Assembly: GCA_963664825.1 (NCBI GenBank)
Contig: OY761614.1
Span: forward strand, 2,304,001 to 2,368,000
Direction of reading: 5' to 3'
DNA from: an uncultured Holophaga sp.
Lineage (GTDB): Bacteria > Acidobacteriota > Holophagae > Holophagales > Holophagaceae
Length of the DNA stretch: 64,000 bases
Shown: positions 1-10,200 of the stretch, piece by piece
How positions within the stretch are numbered: the first letter of the stretch is position 1
Layout of the letters: the number at the start of each line of letters is the position of its first letter
Notes under the pieces: generated by a model
Database searches by the model: none
Seen by the model: the letters and a program-made list of their open reading frames with translations, nothing else
Told to the model about the DNA's origin: nothing
Made by a program: the position numbers and the translations under genes

Positions 1-893
1 TCCCCGAGGCCAATGACGAGTTCGCCAAGGATATGGGCGACTACAAGGATCTGGCGGCCCTGCGGGCATTCGTGAAGAAGGACCTGGAGGAGGCCGCCGA
101 GCGCGATGCCCAGGCCCGCCTGCAGACCACCCTGCTCGATACCCTGCTCGACGCCGCCGCCTTCGAAGTGCCGGCCTCCATGGTGGCCCTCCAACTGGAC
201 GACTACTGCAATGAATTCGCCCATCATGTCTCCCGCCAGGGCGTCGATCCCAAGAAGGTCAATTGGGGCGCCTATCGCCAGAGCCGCATGAACGAGGCCG
301 AGCGCGCGGTCCGCAGCGGCTACCTCCTGCAGACCATCGGCAATACGGAAGACATTCAGGTGGCCGATGAGGAGATCGACGCCGAAATCCATCGGCTGAT
401 GGAAGAGCATCAGGTCCAGCAGGCCTTCGAGCCCTTCAAGGCCGATCTCGAGAAGCGCGGCGCCACTACCGAACTCAAGGGCCGGGTCCGCACGGAGAAG
501 ATCTTCGATAGGCTTTTGTCCACCGCCACCGTCACCGAGGAACTCCTGGACAAGGAGGCCTTCCTGGCCCTCTCCGAGCTGGAGCGCAAGCGTGAGGCGG
601 GCCTGCCCGTGGCTCGTTTCGATGCCGGCGGCATGGAGGGAGGCGAGTTGGAGGATCAGGCCGGTGGCGATCCCGATGCCGTGAAGGCCGCCGAAGAAGA
701 GGCGCTCGAAGCCCCCAAGGTCGTTGAAGCTGCCGAAGAGAAGCCCAAGAAGGCCGTCAAGGCGACGGAAGCTGTCCCAGAGAAGCCTAAGAAGGCCCCC
801 AAGAAGGCCGAAGCCGCCGATGAAAAGCCGAAGAAGGCTCCCAAGAAAACGGCGACTGCCGAAGAGAAGCCCAAGAAGGCCCCCAAGAAGTAG
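1..893 (+). CDS. tig: Trigger factor, C-terminal part (5' end outside window), with Lys/Ala/Pro-rich tail
   Basis: NDEFAKDMG..DLAALR and FEVPASMV motifs typical of the trigger factor C-domain; frame open from the window edge. Confidence 0.85.
   Translation, partial: PEANDEFAKDMGDYKDLAALRAFVKKDLEEAAERDAQARLQTTLLDTLLDAAAFEVPASMVALQLDDYCNEFAHHVSRQGVDPKKVNWGAYRQSRMNEAERAVRSGYLLQTIGNTEDIQVADEEIDAEIHRLMEEHQVQQAFEPFKADLEKRGATTELKGRVRTEKIFDRLLSTATVTEELLDKEAFLALSELERKREAGLPVARFDAGGMEGGELEDQAGGDPDAVKAAEEEALEAPKVVEAAEEKPKKAVKATEAVPEKPKKAPKKAEAADEKPKKAPKKTATAEEKPKKAPKK
738..890 (+). repeat. 42-bp (14-aa) tandem repeat EKPKKA(P/V)K, about 3.6 copies, in the tig tail
   Basis: EKPKKAVKATEAVP / EKPKKAPKKAEAAD / EKPKKAPKKTATAE / EKPKKAPKK. 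Confidence 0.9.
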
Positions 894-906
894 ACGTTTC
901 GGAAAC

Positions 907-940
907 ACGGGAAAGGCGCCTTCGGGCGCCTTTCCCGTTT
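907..940 (+). terminator. Intrinsic terminator after tig
   Basis: 14-bp stem acgggaaaggcgcc-TTCG-ggcgcctttcccgt with a short T tail. Confidence 0.8.
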
Positions 941-967
941 CGGGCACACTGATGCAAGGGAGATTCC

Positions 968-1501
968 ATGGCAGAACGCGCCCGCATTGGCATTCTCACG
1001 GTCTCGGACCGGGCCTCGACCGGAGCCTACGAGGACCTGAGCGGACCCGCCATCCGGGAGACGCTTCAGGCTTTCCTGAATAGCGAATGGGAAGCGCGCC
1101 CTCGCCTGGTGCCCGATGAGGGGCCGCTCATCGAGGCCGCCCTCCGGGAACTCTGCGATGTGGAGCGTTGTTGCCTCGTGCTCACCACGGGGGGCACGGG
1201 TCCAGCGCCCCGGGACGTAACCCCCGAAGCCACGGAGGCCGTGTGCCAAAAACTGATGCCGGGCTTCGGCGAACAGATGCGGAGCGCCTCCCTTCGCTTC
1301 GTGCCCACCGCCATCCTGTCCCGTCAGACCGCCGGCATCCGCGGTTCGAGCCTCATCATCAACCTGCCCGGCAAGCCCAAGTCCATCCGGGAATGCCTGG
1401 AGGCGGTCTTCCCTGCGGTCCCATACTGTGTGGATCTCATCGGAGGTCCCCGCCTGGAGACCGATGAAACCGTGATCCGGGCCTTTCGGCCCCGTTCCTG
1501 A
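968..1501 (+). CDS. mog: Molybdopterin adenylyltransferase
   Basis: TVSDRAS, TTGGTGPAPRDVTPEAT, NLPGKPKSI motifs. Confidence 0.95.
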   Translation: MAERARIGILTVSDRASTGAYEDLSGPAIRETLQAFLNSEWEARPRLVPDEGPLIEAALRELCDVERCCLVLTTGGTGPAPRDVTPEATEAVCQKLMPGFGEQMRSASLRFVPTAILSRQTAGIRGSSLIINLPGKPKSIRECLEAVFPAVPYCVDLIGGPRLETDETVIRAFRPRS

Positions 1502-1518
1502 AACCCCAGGAGGTCCCG

Positions 1519-1941
1519 ATGCCCCAGACCTACGCCAACCACCATCGCTTCGATCCCTGGTACCACTTCGTGGCCTTTCCCCTGCTGCTCCTGGCCTTCC
1601 TGGGAGCCTGCCTCCATGTCTTTCGCCAGCATGGGGCCGATGTGTGGGAACTCTTCCTCACCTTCGGCGTTCTCGTGCTCTTCCTGCGGGTTCGCATCTA
1701 TTCCTTGCGGGTGCAGGACCGGGTCATCCGCCTGGAGGAGACCCTGCGCATGAGGGCCCTCCTGCCGGCTGAAGGGCAGGGGCGCCTCCGGGAGCTGACG
1801 CCCAGCCAGTTCGTGGCGCTGCGCTTCGCTTCCGACGCGGAACTGCCGGCCCTCGTCCAGGTCGCCCTGGACGAGCGGCTCAGCGGCGAGGCCATCAAGC
1901 GGCGCATCGGCGTCTGGCGGGAAGACACGTTCAGGGTCTGA
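1519..1941 (+). CDS. Small membrane protein (DUF6526-like)
   Basis: QTYANH N-terminus, two TM segments, QDRVIRLEE and QFVALRFASDAEL motifs; RBS ggagg. Confidence 0.7.
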   Translation: MPQTYANHHRFDPWYHFVAFPLLLLAFLGACLHVFRQHGADVWELFLTFGVLVLFLRVRIYSLRVQDRVIRLEETLRMRALLPAEGQGRLRELTPSQFVALRFASDAELPALVQVALDERLSGEAIKRRIGVWREDTFRV

Positions 1942-1979
1942 TGGCTCGGTTTCCTGCATTCCGGATCGGGGAAACTGCC

Positions 1980-2067
1980 GAACCACAGAGGGCACAGAGA
2001 AAAGAACATGTTCCGCTTCTGTTTTCCTCTGCGCTCTCTCTTTTCTTCTCCGCGATCTCTGCGGTTC
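1980..2067. repeat. Family B palindromic element, copy 1
   Basis: Arms gaaccacagagggcacagagaaaaga and tcttctccgcgatctctgcggttc are imperfect reverse complements. Confidence 0.75.
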
Positions 2068-2079
2068 AGCTTCTTGTCG

Positions 2080-3057
2080 GTGCGGGTCCCCGTCACGGGC
2101 GAAGGGCTCTCCGGGGAGGTGACACTGGATGTCCAGTACCAGCCCTGCACGGAAGGGGAGGGGGGGAGCTGCTTCCCTCCCACCAACCGCACGCTCAAAG
2201 TGAAGGCCTCTGAGATTCCCGCCGCCACGGCGGCAGGAATCTCAGGAATAAAACCCGAAAAAAAGCCTGATTCCGCATCTTTGCAGGTGGATGCGCCTGC
2301 GCCGGAAGCATCGTCGGCGCCTGTGGCAGTTCCCACGGCCGAGGCGGCAAAGGCGCCCGTTCCAGAGGCTCCCCACCAGGGCCTCCTCCTGGCCCTGCTC
2401 CTGGTCTTCCTGGCGGGCATGGGCGCCAGCCTCACACCCTGCGTCTATCCCATGATCCCCATCACCATGGCCATCATCGGGGCCAAGGGCGGCGGCAAGG
2501 CCAAGGGCTTCGCGCTCTCGCTCATGCTGGTGCTGGGTATGGCCGTCACCTACACGACACTGGGTGTCGTGGCCGCCAAGAGCGGCGCGGCCTTCGGCGC
2601 CTTCGCCCTCCTGCTCCTGATCCTGATCCTGGGCCTGCTACTGGGCATCCGGGCCGTCGAGAACTTCCTGAACCTCCCGCTCCTGCCCCGGGGCGGCGCG
2701 ACAGTGGCTGTCGAAGCGGGTCCCAAGGCCTGGATGGAACAGGATCTGGAAGGGGCTCTTAAGAAGGCCAAGGCCGAGCACAAACTCGTGCTGGTGGACG
2801 TCTACGCGGAGTGGTGCGCCCAGTGCAAGGAGTTGGACGAGAAGACCTGGCCGGACGCGGAGGTGAAGGCCTGGATCGCCAAGAATGCCATCGCCATCCG
2901 CATCGATACCGATAAGCAGCGTCCCGATCTGGCCAAGAAGTTGGAAATCCGCAGCTACCCCAGCGTCATCCTGCTGGACGGGGAGGGCAGGGAAGTGGGC
3001 CGCAGCCTGGGATTCCAGAAACCCCAGAACATGCTGGTCTTCCTCGCCGCCCGCTGA
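2080..3057 (+). pseudogene. dsbD: DsbD/CcdA-thioredoxin protein remnant (5' truncated, internal TM deletion)
   Basis: End of N-domain YQPC..SCFPP, first TM cysteine LTPCVYPMIPIT, C-terminal WCAQC; no signal peptide or plausible start; second TM cysteine and most helices absent. Confidence 0.65.
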
Positions 3058-3102
3058 AACGGCCCATTTTCTCGCAACGTCTTCCACACTTCCGGAATCC
3101 CC

Positions 3103-4071
3103 ATGCCACCTGCCCATCACCGCCTCCTCATCATCGGCACCGGCCCCGCCGGGTACACAGCCGCCATCTACGCCAGCCGCGCGGGGCTTGCTCCCGTGAT
3201 CTTCGAGGGCATCCAGCCCGGCGGCCAGCTCACCATCACCACCGAGATCGAGAACTTCCCAGGATTCCGCCAGGGCATCCCCGGCCCCGAACTCATGGAT
3301 GAGATGCGCGAGCAGGCCCTGCGCTTCGGGGCCGATATTAAGGCCGAGACCGTGACCTCCGTAAATCTCAGCGCCAGGCCCTTCCGCGTTGGAACAGACC
3401 AGGGCGAATATACGGCGGACGCCGTGATCATCGCCACGGGGGCTTCGGCCAAGTGGCTGGGGATTGGCAAAGACCAGGAACTCAGCCGCAGCGGCGGCGG
3501 GGTCTCGGCCTGCGCCACCTGTGACGGGTTCTTCTTCAGAGGCAAGGAAATCGCCGTGGTGGGCGGGGGCGACACGGCCCTGGAAGAGGCCACCTACCTC
3601 ACGCGCTTCGCCAGCAAGGTGAACCTCATCCACCGCCGGGACGCCTTCCGCGCCTCCAAGGCCATGCAGGAGCGCACGCTGGCCAATCCCAAGGTGGCCA
3701 TGCACTGGAACAAGGTGGTGGCCGAGATCCTTACCCACCGGGTGACGACGCCCATGGGCGATGAGGTGGAGAAGATCCGGGCCCTGGTGCTGGAGGACAC
3801 CGTGGACGGCAGCCGTGCGGAACTGCCCCTGGACGGGCTTTTCGTGGCCATCGGCCATCAGCCCAACACGGAGCTCGTCAAGGGCCAGTTGCCCCTGGAT
3901 GCCGCGGGCTACCTGATGGTGGAGAAGGGCTCCACGCATACGGCCATTCCCGGCGTTTTCGCCGCGGGCGACGTGGCGGACCACACCTACCGCCAGGCCA
4001 TCACCGCCGCCGCCAGCGGCTGCATGGCCGCCGTCGATGCCGAACGCTGGCTGGCCGAAACCGAAGCCTGA
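3103..4071 (+). CDS. trxB: Thioredoxin-disulfide reductase
   Basis: GTGPAG, CATCDG, GGGDTA, GDVAD..YRQA motifs. Confidence 0.97.
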   Translation: MPPAHHRLLIIGTGPAGYTAAIYASRAGLAPVIFEGIQPGGQLTITTEIENFPGFRQGIPGPELMDEMREQALRFGADIKAETVTSVNLSARPFRVGTDQGEYTADAVIIATGASAKWLGIGKDQELSRSGGGVSACATCDGFFFRGKEIAVVGGGDTALEEATYLTRFASKVNLIHRRDAFRASKAMQERTLANPKVAMHWNKVVAEILTHRVTTPMGDEVEKIRALVLEDTVDGSRAELPLDGLFVAIGHQPNTELVKGQLPLDAAGYLMVEKGSTHTAIPGVFAAGDVADHTYRQAITAAASGCMAAVDAERWLAETEA

Positions 4072-4122
4072 ACAGGAACCCAACCCCTGCTTCGACCTCC
4101 GAAGCCCATTTTGCGAGCAGAC

Positions 4123-4441
4123 ATGTCCCACCTGAAAGTCCTCACAGCCGCCGAATTCCCCCTCGCCATCGCCACGGGATCAGTCCTGGTGGATTTCGGC
4201 GCACCCTTGGTGCGGCCCCTGCAAGGTCCTCGAACCCCTCCTTGTCGCCCTCGGCGATGAACTGGCGGGGAGGCTCTCCGTCCTGAAGGTGGATATCGAT
4301 GCCACCCCGGAGTTGGTAGGGGACCTGGGTGTCATGTCCGTGCCCACGCTGATGCTCTTCAAGGATGCCCAGAAGCTCGCCAGTCGCACGGGAGCCCAAT
4401 CCGCCAAGCAGCTCCTGGAATTCGTTCAGCCCGCCCTCTGA
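4123..4441 (+). pseudogene. trxA: Thioredoxin with +1 frameshift just before WCGPC
   Basis: ATG 4123 gives MSHLKVLT..VLVDFGAP; after one extra base WCGPCKVL..VMSVPTLMLFKD..TGA 4441; 319 nt = 3n+1. Confidence 0.85.
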
Positions 4442-4553
4442 GCCACGGAAACCACATCCATTACCGCATCGTGGGCGATTGCATTGCGAAGCTCCTTTAT
4501 CATGGACTCTGTCTGAATGAGGAAATGCGGGAACGCGTGGAGGGCGTACATCA

Positions 4554-4820
4554 ATGAGGCGATGGGTCGCAACGGTTTTCCTGCTGCTGATCGCGTTTTA
4601 TGTCGGCGCATCGCACTGCGACCGCTGCTCTGAAACCCCAGGCGAGGAGGGGCAGGTCTGTCATCTCATGTGCAGTGATGGCTGCGCGACGGCACCGATC
4701 CCGATGGCCCCCACTCCTCCGCCTCCCGATCCCCTGCCCAAGGCCGTCTACGAAGAGACGGTGGATTGTCCCATCCTGAATCTCGACCTCGAACCGGAGA
4801 AGACGCCCCCTCGGTCCTGA
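4554..4820 (+). CDS. Small exported Cys/His/Pro-rich protein heading the metal-efflux operon
   Basis: Signal-like N-terminus; HCDRC and CHLMCSDGC motifs. Confidence 0.6.
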   Translation: MRRWVATVFLLLIAFYVGASHCDRCSETPGEEGQVCHLMCSDGCATAPIPMAPTPPPPDPLPKAVYEETVDCPILNLDLEPEKTPPRS

Positions 4821-4887
4821 CGTGACCGTCGGCCGAAGATCTGGCCCATGTCTGGGCCTGCCTTTTCCTATCAGATTCGAGGACCTC

Positions 4888-6072
4888 ATGAGACCCATGA
4901 TCTGCGGGGCTATGCCCTGCCTGTTGGCTATACAGGTAGCGGCTCAAACGCCCCTGACTTATCCCGATATTCAATCCAAAGCTCGCTCGACCCCAGAACA
5001 ATGGCGCACGGATGCATTGCTTGCGGAGCGGCACCTCCAGTTTCAGGAAAGCCGTGGCTTTCTGCGGGAAGGGCCCACCGTTTCCCTGTCGGCAGGACCG
5101 CGTCGGATTCCCGGAGCCCCTGGGACCACTGACAAGGGCTTCGATGTGGATCTGCCCCTCTTCCTCTCTCCTCGGGTGCGGGCAGAACTGGAATCCAGCC
5201 TTGGGAGAGCACACCCCTTGCTGAAGGAATCCGCCAGCCGAGAGAGCGCTCTTCGGTTGCGAACGGCCTACCTGGATGCTTGGCTGGCTGCACGAATGCT
5301 CGCACTTCGAGAAACGGATCTCGCGACCGTGGAGGAATGGCTCCAGGCGGCCAAGGCCCGCTTTGAAGCCGGGGCCGATCCGGCTTTCCAGGTTTCCCTG
5401 GTGGAAGGCGAGCGCCTCAAGGTGCAGCAAGACCTCGACGATGCTCGCAGTCAGGTTGCCCGCACCTGGGGGGCTCTCGTCGCGCTGGCCGACGTTGCAA
5501 CGACCCCCATTCCTCTCGCCGATCCCGGTGTGGTCCCATCGTTCCCCCAGGGGGATCTCCTCAAGCGCTTGCAGGAGGGCCCGCTCCGCAAGGCTTTGTT
5601 GGCCCAGGTGGAATTGGAGGAACGCAGCCTCCGCTTAAAGGAAGCCCAGTCTCTGAACCGCTGGAGCCTTCGGGGAAGCTATGCCCAGGAAGGCGAGGAG
5701 AAGGTCACTCGCTTCGGATTGGCCGTGCGCTTACCGCGTCCCGGTGAACGCGCGGCCATTCGCCGCAGCACCGAGACCCAGGTTCGTGCCCTCCAGGGTG
5801 AGGCCCGTCAGGCCTTGGCTGAACTGGATGCCCGTGCTCAGGGAGCCGTTTCGCGATTCCAAAAGGCCGATTCCGTTTCCATCGTTCCAGATTTCACCCA
5901 AGCCATTGCCGCTGTGGGCTTGCGTCTTCAGGAGGGGCGTGAACGCCCGTCTGAGGCTCTCCCCATCCGTCGCCAGCTCCTGGAGGCCCAGATGGCCTCG
6001 CTCCGGCGCCTCCACACCCAACACCTGCTTTCCGCCGATCTCCTGGCCCTGCTCCCTGAGGTGAACCGATGA
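4888..6072 (+). CDS. TolC/CzcC-family outer membrane efflux protein
   Basis: Helical OEP-like repeats (ARFEAG, RLQEG); ATG 4888 with gagg RBS; ATGA overlap with the adaptor gene. Confidence 0.75.
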   Translation: MRPMICGAMPCLLAIQVAAQTPLTYPDIQSKARSTPEQWRTDALLAERHLQFQESRGFLREGPTVSLSAGPRRIPGAPGTTDKGFDVDLPLFLSPRVRAELESSLGRAHPLLKESASRESALRLRTAYLDAWLAARMLALRETDLATVEEWLQAAKARFEAGADPAFQVSLVEGERLKVQQDLDDARSQVARTWGALVALADVATTPIPLADPGVVPSFPQGDLLKRLQEGPLRKALLAQVELEERSLRLKEAQSLNRWSLRGSYAQEGEEKVTRFGLAVRLPRPGERAAIRRSTETQVRALQGEARQALAELDARAQGAVSRFQKADSVSIVPDFTQAIAAVGLRLQEGRERPSEALPIRRQLLEAQMASLRRLHTQHLLSADLLALLPEVNR

Positions 6073-7211
6073 ACCGCATGATGATGAGCCTTCCCCTTGC
6101 TCTGGTGCTCCTGGCCGGGGTCGGCTGCTCGAAGAAATCCGCCGCCAATAGTGAAACCGAAAAGCACGAACCTGGGCATGAGGCCGGAGAAACGGAGGGG
6201 GACCGCATCCCGTTGGAAGGCATCCGGGGTCTGCGCCTGATGAAGGTGCCTGAGCCCCGCACAGAAAGTCGCTGGGTCCCGGGCGAAGCCATCGGGGACG
6301 AGGCGGCCCAGGCCCTGCTCAGCAGCCCCGTGAAGGGCATCATCAGCCAGATCCAAGTTGCCCCGGGGCAGGCCCGGACGGCGGGCGCGACCCTCGCGCT
6401 CATCCAGAGTCCTGAACTCGCCCATCTCAAGGCGCAGTGGATTGCCGCAAAGGCCAAGCTGAATCGCACTCAGGCGGACTTGGCCCGTGAAGAGCGGCTC
6501 TTCCAGGCGGGTGCTGGAGCTCGGCGTGATCTGGAATCGGTGCGCAGCGAAGCCGATACCGCGAAGGCCGAGGAGGAAGCCGCTCGCCTGGGGCTGGAGG
6601 CCGTGGGTCTCAAGCCCGGAAGCGCCGGGGCGAGCTTTGCCTTGAAGGCTCCGGCCAGCGGGTCGGTGGTGGCCTGGAAAGTTCAGCGAGGTCAGGGCGT
6701 GGAGGCCGGTCAGGAATTGGGGAGTTTTCAGGCGGCCCGAGCGAGGGTGGTGCGTCTCGAACTGTCCCAACCCGGTCCCATGGGATGGGACCCCGGCACC
6801 AAGAACGAGATTCGTCAGGCCAATGGCAGGACCTGGAAGGCCTGCCTGGAGGGCACTCCCTCCACCCTCACGACGGACACTCGGCGACTCAGTTATCGGC
6901 TCCGCTTGCTTGGAAGCTCCTTGCCCATCCCTGGGACCTCGGTGGAAGTGAAGGTGCCCCTGGAAAAGGGAGTCTACCTGCCGCAGGCCGCCCTCCAACA
7001 GGTGGAGGGACGTTGGGGCGTGTTCGTGGTTGAGCAGGAACACGCCTCCTTCCGACCCGTGAGGCGCGGAACCGAAGTGAAGGACGAAGTCTCGGTGCTG
7101 GGTGGATTGAAGCCCGGCGACACCGTGGTGGCTGAGGGGGCCTACCTCCTGAAAGCCTATCAGCAGAAGCGAACCCAGCCGGAAGGAGAGGAGGAAGGTC
7201 ATGGCCATTGA
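6069..7211 (+). CDS. RND periplasmic adaptor (CzcB/CusB-like lipoprotein)
   Basis: Lipobox AGVGC, SPVKGII, LKAPASG, GLKPGDTVVAEGAYLL, C-terminal GHGH. Confidence 0.9.
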   Translation: MNRMMMSLPLALVLLAGVGCSKKSAANSETEKHEPGHEAGETEGDRIPLEGIRGLRLMKVPEPRTESRWVPGEAIGDEAAQALLSSPVKGIISQIQVAPGQARTAGATLALIQSPELAHLKAQWIAAKAKLNRTQADLAREERLFQAGAGARRDLESVRSEADTAKAEEEAARLGLEAVGLKPGSAGASFALKAPASGSVVAWKVQRGQGVEAGQELGSFQAARARVVRLELSQPGPMGWDPGTKNEIRQANGRTWKACLEGTPSTLTTDTRRLSYRLRLLGSSLPIPGTSVEVKVPLEKGVYLPQAALQQVEGRWGVFVVEQEHASFRPVRRGTEVKDEVSVLGGLKPGDTVVAEGAYLLKAYQQKRTQPEGEEEGHGH

Positions 7212-10200
7212 TCCGAACCTTCCAAACGGGTCCGAAATTCCTGTCGGTCCCACGATGCCGCATGGGCCCTCCGCGGCCTACGTGCCCCAACACCGGACGC
7301 CAATCCGCCGCTGGTTCGACTGGTTGCTTCCTCGCAAGGGTTGGGTTTTCGCCATCAGCATCGCGTGGTGCCTTGCGGGGGTATTCACCTTCCTCAGCCT
7401 CAAGCGGGATCTCTTCCCGGACATGAGCCTGCCGATCCTCTCGGTCCTCATCCAGAGCCCGGGCCGAGCCACGCCGGAGCTGGAACTCTCCGTCGCCCAG
7501 CCCACGGAGCAGGCTCTTGGAGGCATGCCTGGCGTCAAGCGCGTGAACACGGTGGTGCTGCCGGAATTGGTGCAGGTGGTCGTCACGTTTGAAGGGGATA
7601 CCGACCCATGGCGGGCTCGGCAACTCGTGGCCGAGCGCCTTTCCGGAGTGGTTGGGAGCTTTCCTTCGGGCACTCGCCCCCCCCTCATGAGCAGTGCTTC
7701 CGGGCGTCTCCACGAACTGATGGAGATCGTCTTGGAAGGCGAGAAGGTGGATCCCATGAGGCTGCGGGATCACACCGACCAGGTGCTGGCACCCCGGCTC
7801 CAGGCCGTGCCGGGAGTCGCTCGCGTGGAGCGGTTGGGCGGCCAGGAGCGATCCCTTCAAATCACCCTCATTCCGGAAAAGGTGCGGAATCTCGGCGTCG
7901 GTCTCGACCGCGTGATGGCTGCCCTGGAACAGAGTCACCAGGACTTGGCGGTTGGTGTGCTGGAGATCCAGGACAAGGGGTGGTACATGTCCGTGGGCAA
8001 CCTGGCCGCAACCCCGGGAGAGGTTCGCCAGCTTCCCGTGCAGGCCGCCAAGGGCATCGTCACCCTCGGCGAAATCGCGGAAATTCGGGAGGCTCCCGCC
8101 TTTCGACGCGGCTTGGCCCGCCACAATGGTCACGAGGATGTCAGCCTTCGCATCGTGAAACAGCCCACCGCCGCCACCCTGGATGTGGCCGAAGGGGTTC
8201 GCGCTGCCGTTGCCGAACTCCAGAAGGGCCTTCCCGAAGGCATGCGCCTGGAGGTGATCTACGACCAGGGCCGCCTTGTCACGAGTGCCCTGGACGGAGT
8301 GACGCTGGCACTGTTGGTGGGCGGCATCTTCGTGGCGATCGTTCTGGTCGTCTTGCTCGGGAACCTTCGGGGGGCCGCACTGGTCTTGGTGGTGCTGCCG
8401 CTGGCGACCTTTGGAGCCGCGATCCCGTTGCATTTTGCGGGGCTCGGCCTCAATGCCATGACCCTCGGTGGCCTCGCCATCTCCGTGGGGCTCCTGGTGG
8501 ATGCCAGCGTGATCATGGTTGAGAATCTTGCTCACCGATTGCATGAACATCAGGAACACGTTGAACCACGGCGGGTGGCCCTCACCCGGGCCGCCGCCGA
8601 GGTGTCCACTCCCATCCTCATCGCGGTGCTGGTGATCCTGGCGGTCTTCATCCCTCTGCTCTCCATGGGGGGCATCGCGGGCAAGCTCTACGCCCCTCTG
8701 GCGATGGCCGTGGCATCAAGCATGACCATCAGCCTCATCCTCACCTTCACCCTCGTGCCTGCCCTGGTGGAGCGATTCCTGCCCCCGGGCACTTCCCTGG
8801 AGGAACCCCGTTTCGTCACGGCCCTCAAGCGGGTCTATCAGCCTGCCCTGGACTGGGCGCTGCACCACGGTCCCTTGGTGTGCGTGGTGGCCATGGCACT
8901 CACGATTCCAAGCATCTGGCTGGCCATGCGGCTTGGGACCAACTTCCTGCCCACCCTGGACGAGCGGGCCTTCATGCTCCTCTCCAAGGTGCCTGCGGAA
9001 AGCAGCCTGGAAGCGGTGGATCAGGCCAATATTCACCTGGATTCCCGGTTGAAGGCCATCCCCGGCGTGCAATCCGTCTATCGACGCAGCGGACGCGCCG
9101 ATGTGACCGAGGATCCCTGTCCCATCACGGACAGCGAGATCATGGTGATTCTCAATCCCGATGCGGATGAACGCGCCGTGGGGAAGAAAGTGCTGGAGGC
9201 CGCCGAGGTTATGCCCTTCCCCGTGGAAGTGAACACTCCCATGCAGGAGCGCATCGCCGAGGGCATTGGTGGCACGCCCGCGGATATCCAGGTGAAACTC
9301 TTCAACCGCAACCTGGAGGCTATTCGAGGGGTGTTGCCGGAGCTGCGGGAACACCTGTCGAAACTGGAAGGCGTGCGCAGTGTCACCACGGATACGCCCG
9401 ACCCCATGCCTCGTTGGCGAGCGATCCTCGACGAGGAGGCCCTCCGTCGCCTTGGGGTTCCGCGCACACTGGTCGCCAAGACCCTCCAGTCCGCGCTTCA
9501 GGGTCTGGAATCCGAGATCCGCTTCGATGGCCCCCAGCGCATCGAGCGGATCGTGCGCTTTCCCAACGATGGTCGCGTGAGTCCAGAGACCCTGAAGGAT
9601 ACGCCGCTGATCCTGGAGGATGGCCGAGCCTTGAGCCTGGGACAGGTGATTCGCTTCGTGGAGGCCTATACGCCGACGCTGGTGCGCCGCGAATCCGCCC
9701 AACGCCGCATCGGACTCAATATCCGCACCACAGGCGATCTTGGCAGAACCGCCAAGCGCATTGAAAAGGCCATGGAGGGGCTGAAGCTTCCCGAGGGCAC
9801 TTCCGTTCAACTGGGCGGAAAGATCGAGGAAGCACGCGAGACTCAGCGGCGCCTCGGCATCGCCATCGCGGCGGCCCTGTCGCTAGTGGTGGGGCTTCTC
9901 TACCTTGCACTCCAGCGTTGGAAGGAAGTCTTCGTCGTCGTCGCCACCTTGCCGGATGCCTTTGCCGGAGCCCTCTTCGCGCTGTGGCTGGCCGGAGAGA
10001 CCTGGAACATCAGTTCCATCGTGGGCATGATCGGGCTCTTTGGGGTGGCGGTGCAGAACAGTCTGGTGCTGATCACCCAGGCCAAGGACGCGATGAAGAA
10101 GGGGGTTCCTTTCGAGACCGCCCTTCGGGAAGCCAGTCTCGGTCGTGTGCGTCCCAAGCTCATGACCGCAGGGGCCGCCATCCTCGGCCTGATGCCCATG

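Noticed and set aside
2008..2079. ORF-track N-terminus of the dsbD ORF
   Set aside because: Translation of the palindromic element, not DsbD-like sequence
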